A stretch of 64,000 bases of DNA from a virus. This document shows positions 56,101 through 64,000 of this stretch, piece after piece (the stretch's first letter is position 1; each line of letters opens with the position of its first letter). Under the pieces are notes generated by a model. The model had not been told where the DNA came from and did no database searches. It saw only the letters and a program-made list of their open reading frames with translations. The DNA lies in IMG/VR virus record IMGVR_UViG_3300030098_004420, positions 1 to 64,000 of that record; one strand, 5' to 3'. The position numbers were made by a program, and so were the translations under genes.

Positions 56101-58891
56101 AACTAGAGATACAGATCTTCCAAGATATGAAATAACTGATATTGGTCAAAACTATTATATCTACAGGAATGAAACTATAACTCCTTATATTGAAGGAATA
56201 CAAGATGGTATCTATCATGTATTTGTTCTAAATGCTGGTAATGCAATGCCAGAGGAGTTTACTGATCTTAAGTATAGTCAGAATGTAGTTGATCTTTATC
56301 CACAATCTGATAGGGATAATTTAAATCCTAATGCTTCTGCGACTGTTTCAACAACTAAGAGAAGTCCTCTAGGTGAGGTTGCAACCAATTACTTAAAGGA
56401 TAGTTTAACTAGAGAAAGTGCAGATAAGTTTATCAAAGACTTTGGTTTAGGTAATGTAATTACAACTGTAAGTGATAGTGGTACAAGTGCTACTCTTACT
56501 TTTGATAGAGGACATAATTATAATGCAATAGTACAGGGAACTATTACTGCAGGATCTGGTTACATAACTGGAACACATCAAAACGTAAAACTACTTAACA
56601 ATAATTCAGACCCAACAGTTGGTACTTGGAAAGGTGCTACTGCAAAAGTAGTTGTTACTGGTGGTGCTGTAAGTAGTGTTGAAATTATTGCGAAGGGTGG
56701 TGGATATAGTTCTGATTCATTATACTTTGATCAGACTAGAATTGGTGCTGGTAATGGTGCTGCGAGATATGTTATCACTAGCACAGGAACCGATATTGGT
56801 ATCGCTAACAACGTTGGAGATGTTGTTCAGGCAACTGGTATAGGAACTCAAACTGATGGATATTATAAAATCGCAACGGTTCCTAATCATACTCAAATAT
56901 CAATTGCGAAGAGTATTGGAGATCCAACTCCTTATGCTGGACAATATATTCTTGATATTGGTCCTTCTGTAAGTATAGGATCTACTGCTTGGACTGATGA
57001 AGTTTTAACAGTTAATACCTCTACTGGACATGGATTAGTTGTTGGAAATTCTTTCAGAATATTAAACAGTTCTAATGAAAGACTTGGTGACTTTGTTGTT
57101 AGTGAAGTTAGTGATGTTGATACCATTAAAGCAGTAGTTGGTCTTACAGATATTTCTGGATCTAGTACCATCTATAAATTGGGAATGGATACTAACAATG
57201 CACTTTCCGATAAAGATGGTGAGAATCTTGGTACTAGAGGTTTATCTTTCTACGATAAAGAAAGTTTGAAACTCGTAGCAGATTGTTTAGCTGCTGCTAC
57301 TACTATTAATGTCGCACTTCCAACTGCTGCTGGTATAGGAACCATGACTAGATTCCCATTGGGATCTTACTTACAGATTGGAAATGAGATAATGAGAGTT
57401 TCCTCATCTACTCTTTCTGGATCTAGTAACAATGAAATAAGTGTAATTCGTGGTGCTTTAGGATCTATAAAGTCTAAACATCTTAATGGAGCAGTAGTTA
57501 AAAAGATTAAACCAATTCCTGTTGAATTCCGTAGACCATCTATTCTACGTGCATCTGGACATACATTTGAATATGTTGGATATGGTCCAGGTAACTATTC
57601 AACTGGTTTACCTCAGGTTCAAGTTAAGACACTTACCGAAAGAGAAGAGTTCTTAGTTCAGTCACAAGAAAGATCTTGTGGTGCTGTTGTCTATACTGGT
57701 ATGAACAACAGAGGTGACTTCTTCATTGGTAATAAGAGAGTTAGTTCTACAACTGGACAAGAGAGAACATTTGATGCTCCAATACCAACTGTAACTGGTG
57801 AAGATCCTGCACGTTTAAGTGTGGTCTTTGATGAAGTAATCGTTAAAGAAAGAATTAATGTAGAAGGTGGTAAATCTAATAAGATTCTATCAACGTTTGA
57901 TGGTCCTGTTACATTTAATGGTGATATTAAGATGAATGGTGATGTTACTTTCAACGGAACTATTAAATTCACAGGTAAGACTGAATTTGAAAGTATTTCA
58001 TTAGCAGGTGCTAATTTTGAATCTGATGTTACTTTTGAAGATGATGTTTATGCTTTATTTGGTGATGATAAAGATTTAAAGATCGGACATAATAATACTG
58101 GTAGTGAGAGTGTAATTGAGCAGGTCTCAACTGCAACTGGTAATTTAAAGATAAAGGATGCTGGAGTTACTAGACTTGAAGTTGCTCCTTCTGGTTTAGT
58201 TTTATCTGGTATTTCCACATTCTCTGGTGATGCGGAGTTCACTGGTGATTTATATAATGCACTATGGGATAAGTCTACAGATTCACTTCACTTTAATGAT
58301 TTCGCAGAGGCAACCTTTGGTAATACCTCAGCTGATCCTGATTTAGAGATTTATGCGAATGGTACTAATTCGGTAATACATCATACCTTAAACTCTGGTA
58401 TGCTTCATTTAAAATCTAATAAGAGTATTGATCTTATTACATCTGGGTTTACTGCTATTAGAGCAGTAGGTGATGCGGTATCTGCGGCTACATTGTATTT
58501 TAATGGTAGTGAGAAATTAAGTACTACTGCGGCAGGTATATCCATTAGTGGTGATTTATTATGTACTGGTGATATTACTGCTTTCTCATCTTCTGACGAA
58601 ACATTAAAGGATAATATTACACCTATTTCAGACCCTCTTATGAAGGTGATGTCTATCAGTGGTAATACATTCGATTGGAACGAGAAATCAGGTAAAACAG
58701 GAAGTGACACTGGTGTAATTGCACAAGAGGTTGAAGCACTTGGATTGCCTAATGTAACTACTACTAGAGAGGATGGTACTAAGGCAGTTAGTTATGAAAA
58801 ACTTGTTCCTCTTCTTGTTGAGGCAATTAAGCAGCAGAATAATCTTCTCTTAGAACTTAAGATGGAAGTTAACCAATTAAAAGGTAATTGA
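53153..58891 (+). CDS. Large fibre/structural protein with C-terminal intramolecular chaperone (peptidase S74-like)
   Basis: PFKTIQRALIE N-terminus; C-terminal SSDETLKDNI...GVIAQEVE...VSYEKLVPLLVEAIK plus coiled coil; CTAAATA at 53113. Confidence 0.85.
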   Translation: MPLNRLENFIKNIEGRILYVNPNDLDSSDSINNDGNSLAQPFKTIQRALIEAARFSYVSGDNNDYIERTTILVYPGEHVIDNRPGYAIKPDSGNPTVAKAVAPNGGESNAQDEFTLTLTSNFDIEQKNNILYKFNSVNGGVVVPRGTSLVGLDLRKTKIRPKYVPNPIDPAVPTSAIFRITGACYFWQFSLFDGNTDGTVYTNNKSFDGVNDVATPLFSHHKLTCFEYADGVNVAAPGYEKTDLDMYYYKLGNAFNASASTKEIPAADKYPLNPEGFAKRRPEYEIVGAFASDPITISNIISGDGSTPSRLITITTAKAHGLNQGTPIKVDGVSQGTNTVISYNASSVVQEVLSDTQFTYLINGSTTGLSASTSGTGLSVANATVTVETDTVEGASPYIFNCSLRSVYGMQGMKADGKKATGFRSMVVAQFTGISLQKDDRAFVKYNKSNRTYEGISLSTITTGSKLAAESSALDVNKVYHLDSDAVYRSGWETTHVSITNDAILQIVSVFAIGYNKHFGAETGGDASITNSNSNFGQLSLSSDGFKAEAFEKDNTALITSIITPKSIAGTAKTSGESTTKIDWFKIDAAKTRAVGINSHLYVNGFINDSDAPPTLTAGYRIGARGGQVGINSGSQEILYVTIGKRSNPNRVTRSATVHMVDGGGVGAGLSVYMGSSVSVKRYPVVSGPVNNKFNIGTHELTTGETIRVFSDDADLPENLDDHTLYYAIVDSTTEIRIASSFTDAENSEAITIYGGSKLSVESRVHDKESGEIGSPIQFNSNAAGPFTREGASVTETAGWYITVDPNNSVYQDIAAQTTDLPEEGTTNVSYISRTEDSRSLDEKIYKMRVVVPKEVVNGKNPEESFIIQDSSTTGARSAADFSLTSIDSDDWEYGRNPRFISTCTVSSNVVTVLTDLPHNLNVHDKVTIKNVKSTNNTAGAANSAYNGVFSVSEIVDSKSFKYPTTDTDGLLHTVGTFTNDVTTRDTDLPRYEITDIGQNYYIYRNETITPYIEGIQDGIYHVFVLNAGNAMPEEFTDLKYSQNVVDLYPQSDRDNLNPNASATVSTTKRSPLGEVATNYLKDSLTRESADKFIKDFGLGNVITTVSDSGTSATLTFDRGHNYNAIVQGTITAGSGYITGTHQNVKLLNNNSDPTVGTWKGATAKVVVTGGAVSSVEIIAKGGGYSSDSLYFDQTRIGAGNGAARYVITSTGTDIGIANNVGDVVQATGIGTQTDGYYKIATVPNHTQISIAKSIGDPTPYAGQYILDIGPSVSIGSTAWTDEVLTVNTSTGHGLVVGNSFRILNSSNERLGDFVVSEVSDVDTIKAVVGLTDISGSSTIYKLGMDTNNALSDKDGENLGTRGLSFYDKESLKLVADCLAAATTINVALPTAAGIGTMTRFPLGSYLQIGNEIMRVSSSTLSGSSNNEISVIRGALGSIKSKHLNGAVVKKIKPIPVEFRRPSILRASGHTFEYVGYGPGNYSTGLPQVQVKTLTEREEFLVQSQERSCGAVVYTGMNNRGDFFIGNKRVSSTTGQERTFDAPIPTVTGEDPARLSVVFDEVIVKERINVEGGKSNKILSTFDGPVTFNGDIKMNGDVTFNGTIKFTGKTEFESISLAGANFESDVTFEDDVYALFGDDKDLKIGHNNTGSESVIEQVSTATGNLKIKDAGVTRLEVAPSGLVLSGISTFSGDAEFTGDLYNALWDKSTDSLHFNDFAEATFGNTSADPDLEIYANGTNSVIHHTLNSGMLHLKSNKSIDLITSGFTAIRAVGDAVSAATLYFNGSEKLSTTAAGISISGDLLCTGDITAFSSSDETLKDNITPISDPLMKVMSISGNTFDWNEKSGKTGSDTGVIAQEVEALGLPNVTTTREDGTKAVSYEKLVPLLVEAIKQQNNLLLELKMEVNQLKGN

Positions 58892-58894
58892 TCA

Positions 58895-60823
58895 ATGGCA
58901 TTACAAGGATCGGGTGCAATAAAATACTCTGAGATTGAAGCAGAGTTTGGTAGATCTTATGCAAATCAGCAAGAAACTTATACTGTACCGTGGGTAAAAT
59001 GGACTCCTCAAGCAGCATGGGTTTTATCAAGATTAGGTGGTGGTAATGCAAGCACACCAAACTGGTCACAGTTCTTGGTTGATTATGGTGTGTATCCTTC
59101 TAATACAGATCCTTTAGTTGGTACTCATACTGGTGTATGGAGGATCTTTTTTCCTGCAGGTAGTTATACTATAGAAGTTCAGGCAGATAATACTGCAGTA
59201 TTGAAACTTGATGGTTCTACTTTAGGATCAACTGTTGTAACTAATCCTCAATTAAATTCAGCATTTTATAGCTTTACTGTTACAGAAGATCAACATTATA
59301 TTGAAGCAGATGTAACTAATGTTGATAATGGACAACCTTGGGTAAATAATCCTGCTGGAGTAGCATGGAAAATAACAAAAGATATTGATGGATCTGAGTT
59401 TGCTAATTCAACTCAAGGATTTAATTATTCAGTTGCTAGTACAGGATGGGGATCTCTTTTAAATACTTACGGTGTTTATCCTTCTGCTACTGATCCATTA
59501 TTAGATACAGTACATACTACAACTTATGTAATTGAACCTACAAGTTCTGGTGATTTAACATTTGAAATATCAGCAGACCATGAAGGTAGTATTAAACTTG
59601 ATGGTACACCATTAATATCTCAAGTCGGTGATTCAAATGGTTCAACTACTACAACAACATATGTTGAGGAAGGAAGGCATACTTTAGAAGTTTCTGTAGA
59701 AAATATTACTTCTACTACATTACCATCTAATACTTGGTTTCATAATCCAGGTGCCGTAGCATTTACTGTTAAAAATACTTCGGGAACCATAATTAAATCT
59801 TCTTTAGATGTTGGACTACAGGGATCATTTACTGAAGGTAGTGGAGCATATAGTTTAGGTAACTATAGAGTTAATGCCTCTTATGGTGGAATTTCATTTC
59901 CATTAGATACTAATGCAGGTGCAGATTCAGATACAGATATTCCTCAGAGTGGTCCAATAAAGTTTAGTGATTTTTATAATGGTCGATTAAACATGCTTGT
60001 TAATTATTTTGGACAGGATGAAACTAGACCAGAAAAGGGTAGTACTAGATATAATGATCCTGCAGCCGTTGTAGTTGTTGGTGGTTTTAAAGAAAGACCA
60101 AATAGTACAACTGGAAAAAAAGTTCATCTAGTTGTAGGTAAGACTATGGGTTCTAAGAAATGGGAATCTAGTGGTGAAGAAACTAAGTGTGCTATAAGAA
60201 CTGGTACTTGGAATAGTGATACTAAACTTGTAGTAGATGTTGGACCTACTGCTAAAGTATTTGGTGCTGGTGGAGATGGTGGTCAAGGACAAAGGCATAG
60301 TCAAAATGGTCTTCCTGGAAAATCTGGAACCAGTGCTATTGGTATTGAATATGAAGGAACTGGAAATACTGAAGTAAATATTAGGTCTGGTGGTGTTGTT
60401 GCTAGTGGCTTCGGAGGAGGCGGTGGTAGTGGCGGTGGTCGTGGAGAAAATAATGAATTTATGAAAGATGAAAGTGATCGTGTAGTAGGTTCTGGTGGTG
60501 GAGGTGGTCAAGGAATTCCTGCTGGACAAGGTGGTGGTTCATATGATCCTGCTAGAGCTGGACAAGATGGTACTGCTGATGAAGGTGGTGAAGGTGGAGC
60601 AGGAGCTACTGGTGAATTTGGTTGTTTTTCTAATGCTGGTGGAGATGGTGGAGAAACTACTGTAGCTGCACAAGCAGGTGGAACAGGTGGTGACGAACCC
60701 AATACAAGTGGTGGTGCTGCTGGTGCTGCTGGTGCTGCAATTCGTAAGTCAGGTGGTATTACTCTTAGTATTACTAATAACGGTACTGTTTATGGTTCAA
60801 CATCCGCTTCTGGAGTTACATAA
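58895..60823 (+). CDS. gp38-like glycine-rich adhesin with two inserted beta-sandwich repeats
   Basis: ALQGSGAIKYSEIEAEFG start, two YGVYPS.TDPL...AD...NPAG/NPGA repeats, C-terminal GAGGDGG...GGGGGG...GAAI...NNGTVYG. Confidence 0.6.
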   Translation: MALQGSGAIKYSEIEAEFGRSYANQQETYTVPWVKWTPQAAWVLSRLGGGNASTPNWSQFLVDYGVYPSNTDPLVGTHTGVWRIFFPAGSYTIEVQADNTAVLKLDGSTLGSTVVTNPQLNSAFYSFTVTEDQHYIEADVTNVDNGQPWVNNPAGVAWKITKDIDGSEFANSTQGFNYSVASTGWGSLLNTYGVYPSATDPLLDTVHTTTYVIEPTSSGDLTFEISADHEGSIKLDGTPLISQVGDSNGSTTTTTYVEEGRHTLEVSVENITSTTLPSNTWFHNPGAVAFTVKNTSGTIIKSSLDVGLQGSFTEGSGAYSLGNYRVNASYGGISFPLDTNAGADSDTDIPQSGPIKFSDFYNGRLNMLVNYFGQDETRPEKGSTRYNDPAAVVVVGGFKERPNSTTGKKVHLVVGKTMGSKKWESSGEETKCAIRTGTWNSDTKLVVDVGPTAKVFGAGGDGGQGQRHSQNGLPGKSGTSAIGIEYEGTGNTEVNIRSGGVVASGFGGGGGSGGGRGENNEFMKDESDRVVGSGGGGGQGIPAGQGGGSYDPARAGQDGTADEGGEGGAGATGEFGCFSNAGGDGGETTVAAQAGGTGGDEPNTSGGAAGAAGAAIRKSGGITLSITNNGTVYGSTSASGVT

Positions 60824-60854
60824 ATAACTAAAAATCTAATGGCATAGATTATAG

Positions 60855-62720
60855 ATGGCGAATATCAGAAAGACATTTAATTTTAGAGAAGGCGTTAAAG
60901 TTGATGACAGCGTTCTAGTTGTTGCAGGAGAACGAGTAGGTATTGGAACTACTGTTCCTGCACAAGTCCTCGATGTTCGTGGAAGAGTAACGATAACTGG
61001 TGACATTGATTACAGTAATTCTACAACAACTGGAATCTCGACCTTTGCTGAAGTAAGATTAGGAACAGGAGTTACAATCTCGTCCTTAAGTGGGGTTATA
61101 ACTGCTACGAGTTATTATGGTGATGGTTCTACTTTAAGTAATTTACCAACATCTCAATGGGTAGATATGGATGTTGGACTGGGATTTACCAGTATATACA
61201 ATAGAGGCAACGTAGGGGTGGGGACCACCGATCCTAGACATACCTTCCAAGTTGGTTCTAATCCTGATGATTCTGGAAAGAAAGGTGTAGGAATAAATTC
61301 TGAAACAGGTAATATTAAATCTAGTGGTATTATAACTGCTACGAGTTTTGTTGGTTCATTAACAGGTAATTCATCTGGAAATGTAACTGCAACTACTTTA
61401 AGTGTAACTGGTGTATCAACATTTAGTGATAAGGTTAATGTTACTAAACATGCTGGTATTGGTAGTATAACTGTTACGGGTGTATCAACATTTGTAGGAC
61501 AAATAGATGGTAATGGTGGTGCGGATATATCAGGTGGAGAAACTACTTTAAGTTCTGCTACTGTCTCTGATTTAACTTCAGGAAGAGTTGTAGTCGCTGG
61601 TACTTCTGGATCTTTAGATGACAGTTCTAATCTAACATTTGACGGTACTAATAAATTAGCTGTAACTGGTGGACTAACTGTTTCTGCTGGTGCTACATTT
61701 ACTTCATTAGTAAATGTTACTCACACATTGTCTTCAGGTATAGGATCTTTTGGATCTAATGGAAGCGTAGCAGTTGGAATTGGAACTACAAATCCTATAG
61801 CTCAACTTCAAATATTAAGTGAAAAAGATTCATCTAATGATGGATTGTCTAGGATTGTTTTAGGAAGAGGAAAGGCACTTGCAGGTAATAATGGTGCAAT
61901 AGCATTTGGAAATACTGCGGTATCTTTCCCCTATAGTGGATCAAAATCATTAGATTTTCTTAATTATGGTCAAGGAAATGTTAATTTCTATCTCGAAGCA
62001 GGTAGTACAGGAGTTAGCACAGGAGATTTCCATTGGCATAGGAGAGGAAATTATGCTCGTTTGATGTCACTAACCTATTCAGGTTCATTAGGTATAGGAA
62101 TTACTCAACCTGTTAATACCTTACATGTGGTAGGAACTTCTACAGTTACTAATAAGGCATACTTTGGAGGTGATGTTGAATTTGGTGACAATGATATAAG
62201 TAGAATAGGTTCAATAACTGCCGATTCATTAACTGTTTCTTCTTTATCTGCTACTCTAACTGGAAATGTTAATGCTACATCAGGTGTTTCTACTTTCACT
62301 AATGTAGAAGTAAATAATGATGTTGATCTTTTAGGTGTGGTTGGTATTGGAACAACTGCTACAGATGATTTCCCATTAAGAATTAATGGCACTGCTAATA
62401 AACTATTTACAGTATCAGACACAGGTGTTGTTGGTATAAAAACAGATGTATTTACAACAAATGGTATCAACTGTGTAGATGGAAGTGCTATTTTTGCTGG
62501 TGTTGGTGTAGGTACTATTAATACTACAAAAGCAGCAGTTGATTTTTCTAACGCAGGTACGCTTGGTATAACAACCACTAACAGGTTTATGTTACCACCT
62601 AAAGTGACTACCACAGAGAGAAATGCTATCGCTGCTGTTGTTGCTGGTGCTATAGTGTATAATACCACTTCAAATATGCTACAATGTTATAATGGTACTG
62701 TATGGCAGGATTTATTCTAA
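60855..62720 (+). CDS. Tail-fibre-like structural protein
   Basis: VGIGTT repeats, YYGDGSTLSNL, C-terminal LPPKVTTTERNAI...GAIVYNTT. Confidence 0.8.
   Translation: MANIRKTFNFREGVKVDDSVLVVAGERVGIGTTVPAQVLDVRGRVTITGDIDYSNSTTTGISTFAEVRLGTGVTISSLSGVITATSYYGDGSTLSNLPTSQWVDMDVGLGFTSIYNRGNVGVGTTDPRHTFQVGSNPDDSGKKGVGINSETGNIKSSGIITATSFVGSLTGNSSGNVTATTLSVTGVSTFSDKVNVTKHAGIGSITVTGVSTFVGQIDGNGGADISGGETTLSSATVSDLTSGRVVVAGTSGSLDDSSNLTFDGTNKLAVTGGLTVSAGATFTSLVNVTHTLSSGIGSFGSNGSVAVGIGTTNPIAQLQILSEKDSSNDGLSRIVLGRGKALAGNNGAIAFGNTAVSFPYSGSKSLDFLNYGQGNVNFYLEAGSTGVSTGDFHWHRRGNYARLMSLTYSGSLGIGITQPVNTLHVVGTSTVTNKAYFGGDVEFGDNDISRIGSITADSLTVSSLSATLTGNVNATSGVSTFTNVEVNNDVDLLGVVGIGTTATDDFPLRINGTANKLFTVSDTGVVGIKTDVFTTNGINCVDGSAIFAGVGVGTINTTKAAVDFSNAGTLGITTTNRFMLPPKVTTTERNAIAAVVAGAIVYNTTSNMLQCYNGTVWQDLF
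61497..61696 (+). repeat. Fibre module, copy B (similar to 6996-7195)
   Basis: Shares GGTACTAATAAATTAGCTGTAACTGGTGGACTAACTGTTTCTGCTGGTGCTAC exactly with copy A. Confidence 0.85.
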
Positions 62721-62747
62721 CCAATAATTAAAGTGGCACAGACCCTC

Positions 62748-62776
62748 TTGCATTTTATGTAAGGGGGTTTTATAAT
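62748..62776 (+). promoter_or_regulatory. sigma70-like early promoter within an inverted repeat
   Basis: TTGCAT, 17-nt spacer, TATAAT; ACCCTCTTGCAT/ATGTAAGGGGGT inverted repeat; upstream AAGTGGCACA. Confidence 0.75.
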
Positions 62777-62798
62777 GCCTTTATATAATCATTTTCTG

Positions 62799-64000
62799 AT
62801 GGACAATACAGTCTATATCGCTGGTACTATTCAATCCGACATATTTCATGTTGGGATGACAGAAAATAATCGTGATCCAGAGGATAGGTGGCGAGATCCT
62901 GATTACAGAGCAAAAATGATCTATGTCCCTTATAAAGTGGCAGCATTTTATACTGGAGATCTTAGGGATGAACCTGTTTCAAAATATATTTTAAAGGATA
63001 AGAATGTATATCTGTTAAAGGAGGAGGTTGATATTCGATCTGATGAAATTTATAGAGTTGATGCTGAGAATCCTGCTGAATATATTAAAAATCTTGTAAA
63101 AGAAGCAATTGAATATTATAATTCTGATTCTCGTGAGAGATTAGAATCATTTACTCCTAGATTTGGTCAAGAGGATGCAATAAAAGAGATTGTTGATACA
63201 TTATTAAAGGATAGTAATTGTTTATTTGCTGGATATACTGGTATTGGTAAAACTCTTATTAGTGAAGTAGCAGTTCTTAGATATTTTAATAGTATAAAGA
63301 AAGGTGGATTAGTATTAGTTACCACTCCTATTCCTGATACTTTAAATTCTTTTATTAGGGGTTTAAAGAATATTGATGTATCTGCTACTAGAGAACAGAA
63401 ATATAGTTATATGACTAAGAAAGAATGGGAAAATACCTCTTTACAGGATGTAAAGAAAAGAACTAACAATGGTGAGGTTATATTTTTACTTCTTACTGCT
63501 CAAGATCTCTTTTATGATGATAAGAATGGTGATTCAACAATTAGAGGTAAGTATAATAAACTAAATGGTAAGATTGATCTGTGGGTAAGAGATGAGGGTC
63601 ATAAGTTCTATCGTGGAGAAAGAACTTCTACTCTTCTTGATTGTTTACAGGCATCTGCTATTCTTGATCTTAGTGCTACTCCATATAATTTTCTTGATAC
63701 TTATGATAAAAATACCATAGTTAATCGTGATTTATTATGGGGATCAAAGCATAGAGAATACACTAAACTTCCTAACATTGCTATTGAATCTTATGATACG
63801 CCATTTGTAGCGTTAAGTGATAAGATTAAAGCTGCATATGATATTGAAGAGGGATATGATCCTCGTAAATGGTTTGTTCGTGATGATAATAGTGCATATG
63901 TTTATATTGAGGATATTGTAGAAACATATGGTCTTAAGTATGTTGAGGTATTACCTAAGAATAAAAATCATTTAAATGTTAATCTTTCAGATAAGAGAGT
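62799..64000 (+). CDS. GIY-YIG-like + SF2 helicase/ATPase, restriction-enzyme-like (runs off window; absent from ORF track)
   Basis: Translated by hand: MDNTVYIAG..FHVGMTE..R; FTPRFGQEDAI; GYTGIGKT (Walker A); VRDEGH (Walker B); LSATP; no stop seen to the window end. Confidence 0.8.
   Translation, partial: MDNTVYIAGTIQSDIFHVGMTENNRDPEDRWRDPDYRAKMIYVPYKVAAFYTGDLRDEPVSKYILKDKNVYLLKEEVDIRSDEIYRVDAENPAEYIKNLVKEAIEYYNSDSRERLESFTPRFGQEDAIKEIVDTLLKDSNCLFAGYTGIGKTLISEVAVLRYFNSIKKGGLVLVTTPIPDTLNSFIRGLKNIDVSATREQKYSYMTKKEWENTSLQDVKKRTNNGEVIFLLLTAQDLFYDDKNGDSTIRGKYNKLNGKIDLWVRDEGHKFYRGERTSTLLDCLQASAILDLSATPYNFLDTYDKNTIVNRDLLWGSKHREYTKLPNIAIESYDTPFVALSDKIKAAYDIEEGYDPRKWFVRDDNSAYVYIEDIVETYGLKYVEVLPKNKNHLNVNLSDKR

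Noticed and set aside
5841-62720. Diversity-generating retroelement as explanation for fibre repeats
   Set aside because: No reverse transcriptase in the window; differences between copies are not adenine-specific
1-64000. tRNA genes, introns, inteins, invertase-type shufflon
   Set aside because: No cloverleaf, interrupted core gene or recombinase recognised by eye; tRNAscan and Infernal were not run, so small RNAs could be missed

Overview
A 64-kb, AT-rich segment of a T4-like marine cyanomyovirus, most likely a Prochlorococcus phage with P-SSM2-like organisation. In order it holds: the 3' end of psbA, ho1, purC and an HNH nuclease; a fibre/structural block (3.4-19.7 kb) with a 1007-aa Gly-X-X protein flanked by 2OG-Fe(II) oxygenases; glutaredoxin, thyX, phoH, exonuclease, gp33, gp59 and gp32; the baseplate/tail cluster (gp53, gp48, gp2-like, gp4, gp54, gp26, gp51, gp5-like); a second fibre block (39.6-62.7 kb) with a beta-helix tailspike, a Lys-rich collagen-like protein, a chaperone-bearing fibre and a gp38-like adhesin; and a truncated GIY-YIG-like + SF2 helicase gene at the right edge. 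The most notable signals are four. (1) A nitrogen-sensing module at 21.4-21.9 kb: an NtcA box, a sigma70 promoter, two tandem glutamine-II (Downstream-peptide)-like riboswitches, the second with a complete 50-codon ORF inside its P2 loop, and a DUF4278-type peptide. (2) A four-arm polyglycine/collagen-like protein with neighbouring hydroxylases. (3) A candidate programmed -1 frameshift fusing gp26 to gp51. (4) Near-identical DNA modules shared between distant fibre genes. All family assignments are by eye from motifs and gene order; no database searches were run.
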